Virus record (IMG/VR): IMGVR_UViG_3300035698_001938
Location: 1 to 12,661 of that record
DNA length: 12,661 nt
Strand: one strand, 5' to 3'
From: a virus
Below are positions 1 through 8,034 of the stretch, piece by piece. The notes beneath the pieces are model-generated. The model made no database searches. It was not told where the DNA came from and worked only from the letters and a program-made list of their open reading frames with translations. A program made the position numbers and the translations under genes. Positions within the stretch are counted from its first letter, which is position 1, and each line of letters begins with the position of its first letter.

Positions 1-101
1 AACCCCACCAACACACCCCACACCCTTCGGACCCCCCGCCACCCCACCCCACTATGATATGTATTAACGAATCTTGATTGGATTGATGTGTGTGTGTGTG
101 T
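1..101. repeat. Terminal direct repeat, copy 1. It is identical to 12561..12661, indicating a circular or terminally redundant genome with a unique length of 12,560 bp.
   Basis: Base-by-base comparison of 1..101 with 12561..12661 gives 101/101 identity. The repeat starts at the window edge and ends at the last base of the window. Confidence 0.97.
87..101. repeat. (TG)7T dinucleotide microsatellite (second copy at 12647..12661)
   Basis: tgtgtgtgtgtgtgt was read directly. It forms the 3' edge of the terminal repeat and is followed by AGGCCTCCA. Confidence 0.95.
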
Positions 102-132
102 AGGCCTCCATAAATTTATCTCACAAAATAAC

Positions 133-151
133 AAATTATATAATTTATAAT
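133..151 (+). promoter_or_regulatory. Perfect 14-bp AT palindrome AAATTATATAATTT plus two TATAAT hexamers (139..144, 146..151). This is a candidate late promoter (-10 or TATA element) or protein-binding site upstream of terL.
   Basis: The palindrome was read directly. TTATCT lies 17 nt upstream of the first TATAAT and is a weak -35. No transcript data are available. Confidence 0.3.
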
Positions 152-167
152 TTCGCCTGATGGCGAA
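152..167 (+). other. Hairpin TTCGCC-TGAT-GGCGAA (6-bp stem, 4-nt loop) just downstream of the TATAAT boxes
   Basis: The arms are perfectly complementary. Function is unknown; it could be a 5' leader structure or a binding site. Confidence 0.5.
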
Positions 168-269
168 CCTCGTGAAGTAATATAAAATATAAGGAGTGGG
201 CGATTAGACCCTATTATCAAATGAATGAAGCAGACCTATACTATTGGCTATCTTGCAGCATGAGCGACT

Positions 270-1535
270 ATGTTTAAGTGGGACAAATGGCAGAAGGAAG
301 TACTAGAAACAAAGGGAAACGTCACCCTACGGAGTGGCCGCCAAGTAGGAAAGAGCGAAGTGATATCTGCAAAAGCTGCGGCCTTTGCCCAGGAAAATCC
401 TGGGACGACAACCCTAATCATTGCAGCATCGCAACGTCAATCCTCACTACTTTTCGAAAAGGTGAGAGGGAACTTAGACCTAATAAACGAAAAAGAAAAG
501 ATATATGCAGAACCCCCAACCCTGACCAGGATAAGATTAAAGAACAAATCCCAAATATACGCATTACCCGCAGGAAGGACAGGCTATTTTATCAGAGGTT
601 TCACAATAGATATGCTTATAGCTGATGAAGCAGCATATATCAGCGAAAATGTTTGGCTGGCCTGTACGCCGATGATTGCTGTCTCGAGAAAACTCAGAGG
701 GATGGGATATATAATTCTCCTATCCACGCCATTCGGAAAAGGTGGCTATTTCTTCAACTCATTTACAGATGATGATTTCCGCAGCTTTCATGTGAGCAGC
801 GAAGATTGCCCCAGGATTCCTAAAGATTTCCTAAGAAAAGAAAAGCTAAGAATGACTAAAGCGCAGTACCGCCAGGAGTACTTAGGGGAATTTTGCGACG
901 AATGGAACCAATTCTTTCCTACAAATTTGATTAAGAAGTGTATGAATTTTATTGAGTGGAATAAAGCAGCGGATTACAAACCACAATACCGCTACTACTT
1001 AGGAGTGGACATAGCACGTTATGGAGGTGACGAAAATGCTTTTGTCGTATGCGAATTACATAAAGATAGTCTCAGAATTGTCAGATGTTTTACAACGGAC
1101 AGAGTGTCTACAACTGACACTATTGGAAGAATCGAAGCTATCGATAGGGAATTCAAGTTTAACAAAATATTTATTGATGATGGGGGAGTCGGTGGAGCAG
1201 TTACGGACATACTTCTTGATAGATTGGGAAGAAAGGTTGTGGGTCTTAATAACGCCAGCAAGAGACTACAAATCCAGGGCGAAGAAAAAAAACGCGGCAT
1301 TTTGAAGGAAGATTTATATAGCAATTCCTTAATGTTAATGGAAACGGGCAAGCTGGAACTTATATCTAACTTAATGTTGCTCCGCTCCCTCAAGAGCATA
1401 ACGTTTGAATATGGAGAGAAGGATAAGGCCAACCGCAACGTGAAGATTTACGGAGATTACGCACATTTAGCCGAGGCTATGGTAAGGGCCTGCTGGTGTA
1501 CGAAGGAAAGGGGCTTAGATATTTATGTATATTGA
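270..1535 (+). CDS. terL: Terminase large subunit (packaging ATPase plus nuclease)
   Basis: 421 aa. Walker A-like RSGRQVGKSE (aa 21-30) and Walker B-like DMLIADEAAY are present. The C-terminal half carries RNaseH-like nuclease signatures GVDIARYGGDENAF and IFIDDGGVGG. The start is the first ATG after an in-frame TGA at 261. Confidence 0.9.
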   Translation: MFKWDKWQKEVLETKGNVTLRSGRQVGKSEVISAKAAAFAQENPGTTTLIIAASQRQSSLLFEKVRGNLDLINEKEKIYAEPPTLTRIRLKNKSQIYALPAGRTGYFIRGFTIDMLIADEAAYISENVWLACTPMIAVSRKLRGMGYIILLSTPFGKGGYFFNSFTDDDFRSFHVSSEDCPRIPKDFLRKEKLRMTKAQYRQEYLGEFCDEWNQFFPTNLIKKCMNFIEWNKAADYKPQYRYYLGVDIARYGGDENAFVVCELHKDSLRIVRCFTTDRVSTTDTIGRIEAIDREFKFNKIFIDDGGVGGAVTDILLDRLGRKVVGLNNASKRLQIQGEEKKRGILKEDLYSNSLMLMETGKLELISNLMLLRSLKSITFEYGEKDKANRNVKIYGDYAHLAEAMVRACWCTKERGLDIYVY

Positions 1536-1592
1536 AGAAACAAGCCAAAATAACCAATAAACTTAAATAATTCAAAGATTTTAAGCCTTTTT

Positions 1593-1724
1593 ATGGAAAT
1601 AATCGCCAGAATGAAGCAATCCGAGCAGAATATCAAGAAATTAGACAAAAAACTTAATACTAAAGTCGATAAAGAAAAAGAAAAAGAAGAAGACCCAGAA
1701 GAAGCAGAGGAGGAAGAGGTATAA
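1593..1724 (+). CDS. 43-aa charged mini-protein (MEIIARMKQSEQNIKKLDKKLNTKVDKEKEKEEDPEEAEEEEV), not in the supplied track
   Basis: Hand-translated ORF. Its TAA (1722..1724) shares one base with the ATG of the next gene (TAATG coupling). There is no clear RBS and the sequence is low complexity. Confidence 0.35.
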   Translation: MEIIARMKQSEQNIKKLDKKLNTKVDKEKEKEEDPEEAEEEEV

Positions 1725-2107
1725 TGGCTTTCACAGGAATATACGTCCCAACAATCGCCGAATTTGAATATAAGTGTGGTGCTGGTGTTTCTTCAACATC
1801 TATAACCGAGGCTTTTGCCAATTCATATATAGGACAGGCCGAAGCCCTAATTAATAATCTCTGTAGGAAAGTGTTTGCGATAGATACTGCTGCGTTTACT
1901 GCTCTCCCAGCAAAAACAAGAGGAACACTCACCGAAGTCGCGAGCAACTTAGCCGCGATTTATGCCATTCAATACGATATGAGCGGCTTCTCCTCAAGAA
2001 TAGAAGCCGAGGACATGATTAATATTTTAAGAGATTCGGCACTAAGAGGTATGAGTTTGTTAAAAGATAAGAAATGGACTGACTTTTTATCCAAAGGCAC
2101 AATATAA
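1724..2107 (+). CDS. Hypothetical 127-aa protein, possibly a head-tail adaptor/connector
   Basis: A strong GAGGAGG lies upstream. The gene is coupled to both neighbours by TAATG. Its size, helical character and position in the morphogenesis block resemble gp6/gp15-type adaptors. No diagnostic motif was seen. Confidence 0.35.
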   Translation: MAFTGIYVPTIAEFEYKCGAGVSSTSITEAFANSYIGQAEALINNLCRKVFAIDTAAFTALPAKTRGTLTEVASNLAAIYAIQYDMSGFSSRIEAEDMINILRDSALRGMSLLKDKKWTDFLSKGTI

Positions 2108-2562
2108 TGTTATTCGACCATGACTATAAGAATTACCCCGAACTCACAAATACTCAGATTAATGAATTCGGCCTATCATCACCACATCAGCAAATAACCG
2201 AAGATTTTTACGCCACAGTCACCAAAGTACACGACGGCGACACCATCACATTAAAAACGGGCTTTAGGGATTTTGAATTTCCCCTAAGATTCCTTAATAT
2301 TGATTCTAAGGAACTCAATGAAGGAGGAGAAGCGGCCCGAGAGTTTGTCAAAGGTAGGATAGAAGGGAAGGAAGTTCAAATAAAGATTGACCCCAACCAA
2401 AGAGTAGGCAAATACGGCCGACTATTAGGTAATGTATTTTTTGGCGGGATGGATGTCGGTGAAGAAGAATTAAGAATAGGTCTCGCCCAACCCTTCGAGA
2501 AAAGAAGCGAGGGCAAACTCCCCAATTTAGATAAAGAATTATCGATAAAAAAATGGCTGTAG
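2107..2562 (+). CDS. Staphylococcal (micrococcal) nuclease-like thermonuclease, SNase fold
   Basis: 151 aa. It aligns by eye with S. aureus nuclease at VHDGDT, LRFLNIDSKE (equivalent to RLLLVDTPE, with the Arg, Asp and Glu catalytic positions kept), GGEAAREF, DKYGR-like GKYGRLLG and GLA. Confidence 0.85.
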   Translation: MLFDHDYKNYPELTNTQINEFGLSSPHQQITEDFYATVTKVHDGDTITLKTGFRDFEFPLRFLNIDSKELNEGGEAAREFVKGRIEGKEVQIKIDPNQRVGKYGRLLGNVFFGGMDVGEEELRIGLAQPFEKRSEGKLPNLDKELSIKKWL

Positions 2563-3386
2563 ATGTAGCAGGAGGAATCCTCAAGCAATCAGACGTAAGA
2601 GAAACAATTACCAATACAGAGGAAACTAACGTGAACTGGGAATTAGACTATGCCAGATTTGAGCAGCTAATAGATACTGGCTTCGCAATAGAAGGGATAT
2701 TTGTAAGCCCCGACGGATTACACGCTTATATCACATACGACACGGGCGGCGCTTCTACAATAGGGGAATATGTTTTTGGTACTAGGTGGGACATCTCCAC
2801 AATAACAGTAGTCAGAACCTTAGACGTAGACGCAAGAGACACCGCTATAAGAGGAATATTCTTTAAGGCAGATGGGACAAAAATGTATTTCTCAGGAAAT
2901 GCAAACGTAAGCGTTTACGAGTACGATTTAGCTACACCCTGGGATATTTCAACAGAGACCTACGTCCGCACTTATGCCGCGGGCGCTGGGGAAGTACCTT
3001 GTATATTTTTTAGAGATGATGGGAAAGAGATGTTTCTTGCTCGTCCTACTTCCAATTCAATAAAAACATTTAGATTGTCTACTGCATGGGATATTTCAAC
3101 AGGCACTTTAGTAGAAGATACTGGCGTCGCCCATCCTGTAGAAGCTTTCTTTTTTAGCAAAAACGGCCTTAAATTATATGTAGCATACGAAAGCGCAATT
3201 ATCAGCGAGTATGTATTGACTAAGCCTTTTGTAGTATCATCTAAGGGCGCAGAGAGCCTATTCACAATAACCCCCGACGGCAATGTCGCGGGACTATATT
3301 TTAAACCCAATGGGTCTAAGATGTATGTAGCAACATTCGACACTCACGACATTCAGGAATATTCAATAAAACGAGGGTGGAGATAA
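2553..3386 (+). CDS. Repeat protein, probably beta-propeller-like, with about five ~50-aa units; likely a virion or tail-associated protein
   Basis: 277 aa. The unit [IL]FF..DG.K[ML][YF]...(I/V).E[YF].L.T.WDIST recurs, with WDIST at aa 79, 130 and 179 and degenerate units before and after. The gene overlaps the nuclease gene by 10 nt. Confidence 0.6.
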   Translation: MAVDVAGGILKQSDVRETITNTEETNVNWELDYARFEQLIDTGFAIEGIFVSPDGLHAYITYDTGGASTIGEYVFGTRWDISTITVVRTLDVDARDTAIRGIFFKADGTKMYFSGNANVSVYEYDLATPWDISTETYVRTYAAGAGEVPCIFFRDDGKEMFLARPTSNSIKTFRLSTAWDISTGTLVEDTGVAHPVEAFFFSKNGLKLYVAYESAIISEYVLTKPFVVSSKGAESLFTITPDGNVAGLYFKPNGSKMYVATFDTHDIQEYSIKRGWR

Positions 3387-4498
3387 TGCCAGATACAGAC
3401 ATAGGAAGCGCAGACGCAAGCGAGTTAAGCACAGCCATGACTGATTATAGTGTCCCAACCGCAACAACAGACGCAGCAGGAAACAGCAACGAAACTCGAC
3501 ACCAATCTACAACATGGAGCCAAAACCTGGGATATTATAAGACTATTCCAGAACTAAAGACCGCAATCAACACGAAGGCCACATGGACGATAGGTGCGGG
3601 ATTTACAGCAGACCCAACCACTACCTTACTACTAGGCACAATAAAAGGAAATGGTATGGATACATTTAACTCAATTATCAAGAATCAAATTAAAGTCAAA
3701 GTTATCGACGGCGATTCGTATGCAGAAATAATCAGAGACAAACTCGATAATATCATTAATTTAAAGCCCATTGCCCCCGATTCTATGGTTTCAGTATGGG
3801 ACAAAAAAGGAAGAATCAAAAGATATGAACAGATAAACAAAGGCTCACCAAACAAGAGATTTAAACCAAATCAAATATTCCACTTAATGAGAGATAGGCT
3901 AGCAGACGAAATCCACGGGACGAGTGTAATTCCTTCTGTAGAATGGATAATTTTGGCTCGTAATGAAGCAATGGACGACTGGAAAGCAGTTCTCCACCAA
4001 AACATAAAACCAAGATGGAAAATATCTTTAGATACAGACGACACCGCACAAATCGCAGCGTTTAAGACAAAATACGACAAAGCAAACGCAGGCGGGGAAA
4101 ATATGTATATCCCTAAAGGAACTGTCGAAGTAGAAGTTTTAGGAGTTTCACCAAATGCAACCCTAAACCCCCTTGCATGGATTGACAAACTTAATGATTA
4201 TTTCTTCCAAGCTGTTAATACTCCTCAAATCATAGTAGGTAACGCAAAGGAATTCACAGACGCAAGCGGAAAAATAGTCTATCTTTCGTATGAGCAAAGC
4301 GTTAAAGCTGAACAGCTTTCAATAGAGGAGCAAGTATTAAGCCAGCTAAACCTAGAAATTAAATTAACATTCCCAGCAAGTCTACAAAATGAAGCAGTAA
4401 GCGACACACCATCAGAAACCGACACAATAGAAGAAGAACCACAAGAAGGGGCAGTACAACCCAATGATACTAAAACGGAGATGGAAGGGAAAAAATGA
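3386..4498 (+). CDS. Portal protein candidate
   Basis: About 370 aa from the ATG at 3386, which forms a TAATG overlap with the upstream stop and is preceded by GAGGGTGGAG. The track's GTG at 3377 is an alternative start. Size, acidic C-terminal tail and position between terL and the scaffold/capsid genes fit a portal. No profile search was run. Confidence 0.6.
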   Translation: MPDTDIGSADASELSTAMTDYSVPTATTDAAGNSNETRHQSTTWSQNLGYYKTIPELKTAINTKATWTIGAGFTADPTTTLLLGTIKGNGMDTFNSIIKNQIKVKVIDGDSYAEIIRDKLDNIINLKPIAPDSMVSVWDKKGRIKRYEQINKGSPNKRFKPNQIFHLMRDRLADEIHGTSVIPSVEWIILARNEAMDDWKAVLHQNIKPRWKISLDTDDTAQIAAFKTKYDKANAGGENMYIPKGTVEVEVLGVSPNATLNPLAWIDKLNDYFFQAVNTPQIIVGNAKEFTDASGKIVYLSYEQSVKAEQLSIEEQVLSQLNLEIKLTFPASLQNEAVSDTPSETDTIEEEPQEGAVQPNDTKTEMEGKK

Positions 4499-4632
4499 TA
4501 GAATCCGCACAATTAATTAGCACAGTCGGATTTCCGATTTTTGCTTTTTTGTTGATGTTTTATCAAAGCACAAAAACAATAAAAGACAATACTAAGGCAA
4601 TACGAGACTTAACAATTATGCTCAGGCGATAA
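4495..4632 (+). CDS. 45-aa single-pass membrane protein (MIESAQLISTVGFPIFAFLLMFYQSTKTIKDNTKAIRDLTIMLRR), possibly YvrJ-like
   Basis: Hand-translated and absent from the track. Its start overlaps the portal stop (ATGA). It has one hydrophobic helix followed by an amphipathic tail. The VGFPI...L motif resembles YvrJ-type small proteins as I recall them, unverified. Confidence 0.55.
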   Translation: MIESAQLISTVGFPIFAFLLMFYQSTKTIKDNTKAIRDLTIMLRR

Positions 4633-4633
4633 G

Positions 4634-5866
4634 ATGGGACAAACAATAAAAGAAAAGTATGATAGTATCAAAAAGAAAAGAACAGCGCCAGCGACGGAGC
4701 CAAAAGAAGAAGTAACCAAAGGCCCAACAGTAAGCAGCGCCCCAAGTAAAGATAATAGAAAACCCGATTCTTTTGTCCCTTTAAGTTCTGTCCCTGTTGA
4801 AGAAGATAGGGGAGGGAAAGCAGCTAGAGCAGGCACAGTCACAGAGGCCACAGGAAAACAGAAATTTTTCAGTAGTAAACCTGGGCAATTTGTAAGCGGT
4901 ATGTTAAGGGGAACACTCGCAGGCGACCCAATGGGACGAGACCCCAAAACAATGGGAGATATAGAAACAGCTGGACTTATGACCGGAGCAATAGCAAACC
5001 TGGCAAGTTTAAGCGCTATGGGTGGGGCAATATCAAGCCTAACAACTACGGCAAAAGCAACAACTAACACATTCGCAGGATGGACTATTGGCGGCCCCAC
5101 AGCAGAAGGATTCACAGGCGTAGCGACAAACACTTACACCGCCGGAGTAATAGGGGCAGCAGCAGCCAAAACAGGCAACTTAATTGCATGGGAAATTGCT
5201 GGGGCTTTAGGCTTCTCAGTTTATCTAACCAAATCTATTCTAGAATTAACACTAGGGGGAAAAATTTTCGGCGAATTTGTAGGCGTAGAAGAAGCGACCC
5301 AAACTGTGAGCATTATTGGACGAGACGCACTCGCAGCAGGAGACTTTGAAGGCTATGACATTATATCTAAAGCAAGAATGGAAGTTTTACAAAACGCGGA
5401 ATATTGGGACAGCAACGAGGCGCTTATACCTTATGCCAATTCAATCCAGGGATTAAAAGATTATAGACACTTAGCCATGACAGCGGCCGCAGTTCAAGAT
5501 AAATTAGCTATGGATATGAAGATAGCAGCAGAAATCGGCGAGAGCGAAAATGAAAAATATGCCAGGATAAAACAGGAAGAAATCGACCAACAAATCACAA
5601 TCACACAGAACAGTATAGCCTTAAATAAGCAATACCAGGAATGGAAAATGCAGGCTAGTTTAGACGCTCAAATAGATACTAGGGGCAGAGAAAAAAAAGC
5701 CATGATTGAAAACGCTGCTTTTTGGGCCGCAGAAGCAGCAAAAGAAAGACAAAGAGAAGCAGAGGACAGAATCGCAGTCGCTAAATTTTGGATGGCCTAC
5801 AAAAAGGAAGCTAACCAAATAGCACAAGATAGTAGACCAAGTAATCTAAAGTTTGGTCTAATCTAG
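4634..5866 (+). CDS. 410-aa Gly/Ala-rich hydrophobic plus coiled-coil protein (internal/ejection, tape-measure-like or scaffold-associated)
   Basis: It has a charged N-terminus, central segments such as GLMTGAIANLASLSAMGGAISSL and GVIGAAAAKTGNLIAWEIAGALGFSVYL, and a long Q/E/K/A-rich helical C-terminus. No enzymatic motif was seen. Confidence 0.5.
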   Translation: MGQTIKEKYDSIKKKRTAPATEPKEEVTKGPTVSSAPSKDNRKPDSFVPLSSVPVEEDRGGKAARAGTVTEATGKQKFFSSKPGQFVSGMLRGTLAGDPMGRDPKTMGDIETAGLMTGAIANLASLSAMGGAISSLTTTAKATTNTFAGWTIGGPTAEGFTGVATNTYTAGVIGAAAAKTGNLIAWEIAGALGFSVYLTKSILELTLGGKIFGEFVGVEEATQTVSIIGRDALAAGDFEGYDIISKARMEVLQNAEYWDSNEALIPYANSIQGLKDYRHLAMTAAAVQDKLAMDMKIAAEIGESENEKYARIKQEEIDQQITITQNSIALNKQYQEWKMQASLDAQIDTRGREKKAMIENAAFWAAEAAKERQREAEDRIAVAKFWMAYKKEANQIAQDSRPSNLKFGLI

Positions 5867-5877
5867 GAGGAAATAAT

Positions 5878-6180
5878 ATGACAGAAAAAAACCCCGCTGA
5901 GACAGGAGAAGATGAAAAGAATTCTAAGATTGCATCTAAAAATTCGCCCCCTACTTCTCCCTCAAATGAGGCCGAACAATCAGACGACATGATAACAAAG
6001 GCAACAGCCGCGGCAATCAGATTAGAAGAAGCAAACAAGACACAATCTGAACTATTAGACCGCCAAGAACGTATGATGGTAGAACAGAAACTAGGTGGAG
6101 AGACAGAAGCAGGCAAACCCCAAAAGCTAGACGAATCCCCCGAAGAATACAAAGAAAGGATAATGAAGGGTGAAAACTGA
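5878..6180 (+). CDS. Acidic 100-aa helical protein, scaffold-like
   Basis: AGGAGG lies 7 nt upstream of the ATG. The protein is E/K-rich and sits upstream of the decoration and capsid genes. Confidence 0.45.
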   Translation: MTEKNPAETGEDEKNSKIASKNSPPTSPSNEAEQSDDMITKATAAAIRLEEANKTQSELLDRQERMMVEQKLGGETEAGKPQKLDESPEEYKERIMKGEN

Positions 6181-6386
6181 TGGCAAGATTGAAGAATTTC
6201 CCTGAAATCGAAGAAAAGAAAGACGATTTGGAAATCAAAATGGGTACAAAAGAAAGAATAGTATGGGAAAAAGTAGCTAAAGAAGCAATGATACTCATTG
6301 AACAATCAGAAGAAAACCTCTTAATTCAAAGGGCCATGCTAAAGCTAGCCGATAAGAGAATAGAAGAAGAAAAACACAAAATTTAA
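6180..6386 (+). CDS. 68-aa coiled-coil protein, hypothetical
   Basis: TGATG overlap with the upstream stop, AAGGGTGA RBS, and heptad-like charged sequence. Confidence 0.45.
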   Translation: MARLKNFPEIEEKKDDLEIKMGTKERIVWEKVAKEAMILIEQSEENLLIQRAMLKLADKRIEEEKHKI

Positions 6387-6422
6387 ATATCTAATCCATT
6401 ATAAGCCTTATTAGGTGATAAT

Positions 6423-6845
6423 ATGGCAGATGAAGCAGTCCTTATGTATGAGACAGGCCTTCCTATTCCCATGACGTGCGCTGATTGCGCAGGAATCGAA
6501 AAAGGAGCCTGGTTAATTCTAGCAAATCCAATGACAGTCACAACCCACGCAGCTAATGACGAGGCTATCTGTGCAGGAGTAGCAGCAGCAGAGAAAATCG
6601 CAAATGACGGACAAACAACAATACCGGTTTATAGACAGGGAATATTCAAAGCTGCAGGAAGCGCGGCAAGTTCAACAGGCGCAGTCTTAGCATTATCAGG
6701 AACAGCACAAAGGCTAAAAACATCAGACACGTCGTGTTTACAATCAAAAGGCGCAGCAATCTCTTTAGAGGATTGCGGCGGAGCAGGAGAAACATTCCTA
6801 GTCGAATTAAAGCCTGGGATTGGCGGAGCAGGAGGTTTAAGTTAA
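6423..6845 (+). CDS. DUF2190-like head decoration/cement protein candidate
   Basis: 140 aa with a GGTGAT-N3-ATG RBS. The pattern KGAWLIL...AGVAAAEKIANDGQTTIPVYRQGIFK...GETFLVEL resembles DUF2190 proteins, which typically sit directly upstream of capsid genes. This is from recall and is not a search result. Confidence 0.5.
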   Translation: MADEAVLMYETGLPIPMTCADCAGIEKGAWLILANPMTVTTHAANDEAICAGVAAAEKIANDGQTTIPVYRQGIFKAAGSAASSTGAVLALSGTAQRLKTSDTSCLQSKGAAISLEDCGGAGETFLVELKPGIGGAGGLS

Positions 6846-6846
6846 A

Positions 6847-7758
6847 ATGGCAGACACAGCAGCACAAGCAGAGATTAGAGGCATAAATATTGATAAGCTG
6901 GCTAAAGGTTTTGCCGACGAGCAGAACATTCTTAAAAGGTTTGTTGTAAACTCCAAAACCAAAGCAAGAGAAATCCGATGGTATCAAAAAACCTCAGGAT
7001 TTTTAGATAGTTCCGACACAACAGACATAACAAAGTCACATATTGCCAACACTTCGAGCAAATCACTACCCGTTGTAGTAGAGCAATCATGGACTAGGCA
7101 GACATCTTATGTTAAGAAGTATTTCGTAGAATCACCACTATTTACTTTAGAAGATATTAAGGATTCTGACGTAGACATAATGGCTACTCATGTTAGAGAT
7201 TTAGTCAGGGCAGTAGAACGTAAAGTTGATTTGCAAATCTTCGCAATATTGACAGACGCACTAGCAGCCACACCAACACAACCACTCACAAATGGCGAGG
7301 TAACTGTTCAAAATACAGCAGCCACCGACGAATGGGACGTTGCAGCAACCGCAGACCCAATCGCAGATATACTTAACGGCAAGCAACTCATAAGAGCTGC
7401 GGGATATAATCCAGAAGGAAGCATGATTGGCATGAATAGCATTGAGCATAAGGAATTAATCCAATATCTCATTAATGTCAAAGGCTCAAGTATTCCACAA
7501 TTCGCAAGCGATAAAGTAAAGAGTGGAATAGTCATGGAGATACTAGGCTGCAATGTCGTAGTAAGTGAGGCATTTACTACAGATTGGGTAGTCCAATGGG
7601 TGCCAAGTAGAGCCCTAACATGGAAAGCGTTCACTCCAATAACCACCGCTATCATGGACGAACCAGGAATCGGCAAGAAAATAAGAGTATGGGAAGAAGG
7701 AGAGGCACTATTAACAGACCCAAAAGCAGTTCACGTTATTTCAAATACCAATACTTAA
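6847..7758 (+). CDS. Major capsid protein candidate (HK97-fold type)
   Basis: 303 aa. The size and the position after the scaffold-like and DUF2190-like genes fit a capsid protein. AGGAGG lies upstream and the junction is TAAAATG. No diagnostic motif could be verified by eye. Confidence 0.6.
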   Translation: MADTAAQAEIRGINIDKLAKGFADEQNILKRFVVNSKTKAREIRWYQKTSGFLDSSDTTDITKSHIANTSSKSLPVVVEQSWTRQTSYVKKYFVESPLFTLEDIKDSDVDIMATHVRDLVRAVERKVDLQIFAILTDALAATPTQPLTNGEVTVQNTAATDEWDVAATADPIADILNGKQLIRAAGYNPEGSMIGMNSIEHKELIQYLINVKGSSIPQFASDKVKSGIVMEILGCNVVVSEAFTTDWVVQWVPSRALTWKAFTPITTAIMDEPGIGKKIRVWEEGEALLTDPKAVHVISNTNT

Positions 7759-7759
7759 A

Positions 7760-7927
7760 ATGACGAAAGAAAACACTATCAGATTATATAAGGCTCTCAA
7801 AGCGCAGGGACACCCAGGCGCAGAAAAGATGTTAAATCAAAAACATTACGAATATCTCAAAGAGATAGCAGAGCCAAAGCAGGAGGTTAAAGAAGATGTC
7901 AAGAAGTCAAAGGGACGAACCAAGTGA
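7760..7927 (+). CDS. 55-aa basic mini-protein (MTKENTIRLYKALKAQGHPGAEKMLNQKHYEYLKEIAEPKQEVKEDVKKSKGRTK)
   Basis: Hand-translated. A TAAAATG junction links it to the capsid gene. Absent from the track. Confidence 0.4.
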   Translation: MTKENTIRLYKALKAQGHPGAEKMLNQKHYEYLKEIAEPKQEVKEDVKKSKGRTK

Positions 7928-8033
7928 GCCAGCTATCGTAGATAGCACAGCCACCAATTCAAGCGACCAAAAAGCACCCGTTAATCATCTGATTGACACA
8001 ATGGAAGAAGCAGGAATCATAGTTAAATCATAA
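7896..8033 (+). CDS. 45-aa acidic mini-protein (MSRSQRDEPSEPAIVDSTATNSSDQKAPVNHLIDTMEEAGIIVKS)
   Basis: Hand-translated. AGGAGG lies 9 nt upstream. It overlaps the previous mini-ORF by 32 nt in another frame and its stop forms a TAAAATG junction with the LamG gene. Confidence 0.45.
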   Translation: MSRSQRDEPSEPAIVDSTATNSSDQKAPVNHLIDTMEEAGIIVKS

Positions 8034-8034
8034 A

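Noticed and set aside
203-277. A strong AAGGAG (191..196) upstream of terL with no canonical start at the right spacing. An 18-aa ORF runs from the ATG at 221 (MNEADLYYWLSCSMSDYV), or 24 aa from an in-frame ATT at 203, and overlaps the terL start by 8 nt.
   Set aside because: The ATG is 24 nt from the AAGGAG and an ATT start is speculative. It is too short to evaluate. It could be a leader peptide coupled to terL, but nothing in the sequence demands that.
278-625. Alternative-frame + strand ORFs inside terL and the 410-aa gene (278..625, 1021..1305, 5080..5349)
   Set aside because: They overlap well-supported reading frames and encode highly basic low-complexity peptides with no RBS. They are most simply frame-shifted readings of A/G-rich codons.
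1284-5697. Runs of 8 A inside terL (1284..1291) and the 410-aa gene (about 5689..5697) as possible programmed frameshift or slippage sites
   Set aside because: There is no extended alternative-frame ORF downstream and no adjacent stimulatory structure. The runs encode ordinary Lys-rich segments (EEKKRG, REKKAM).
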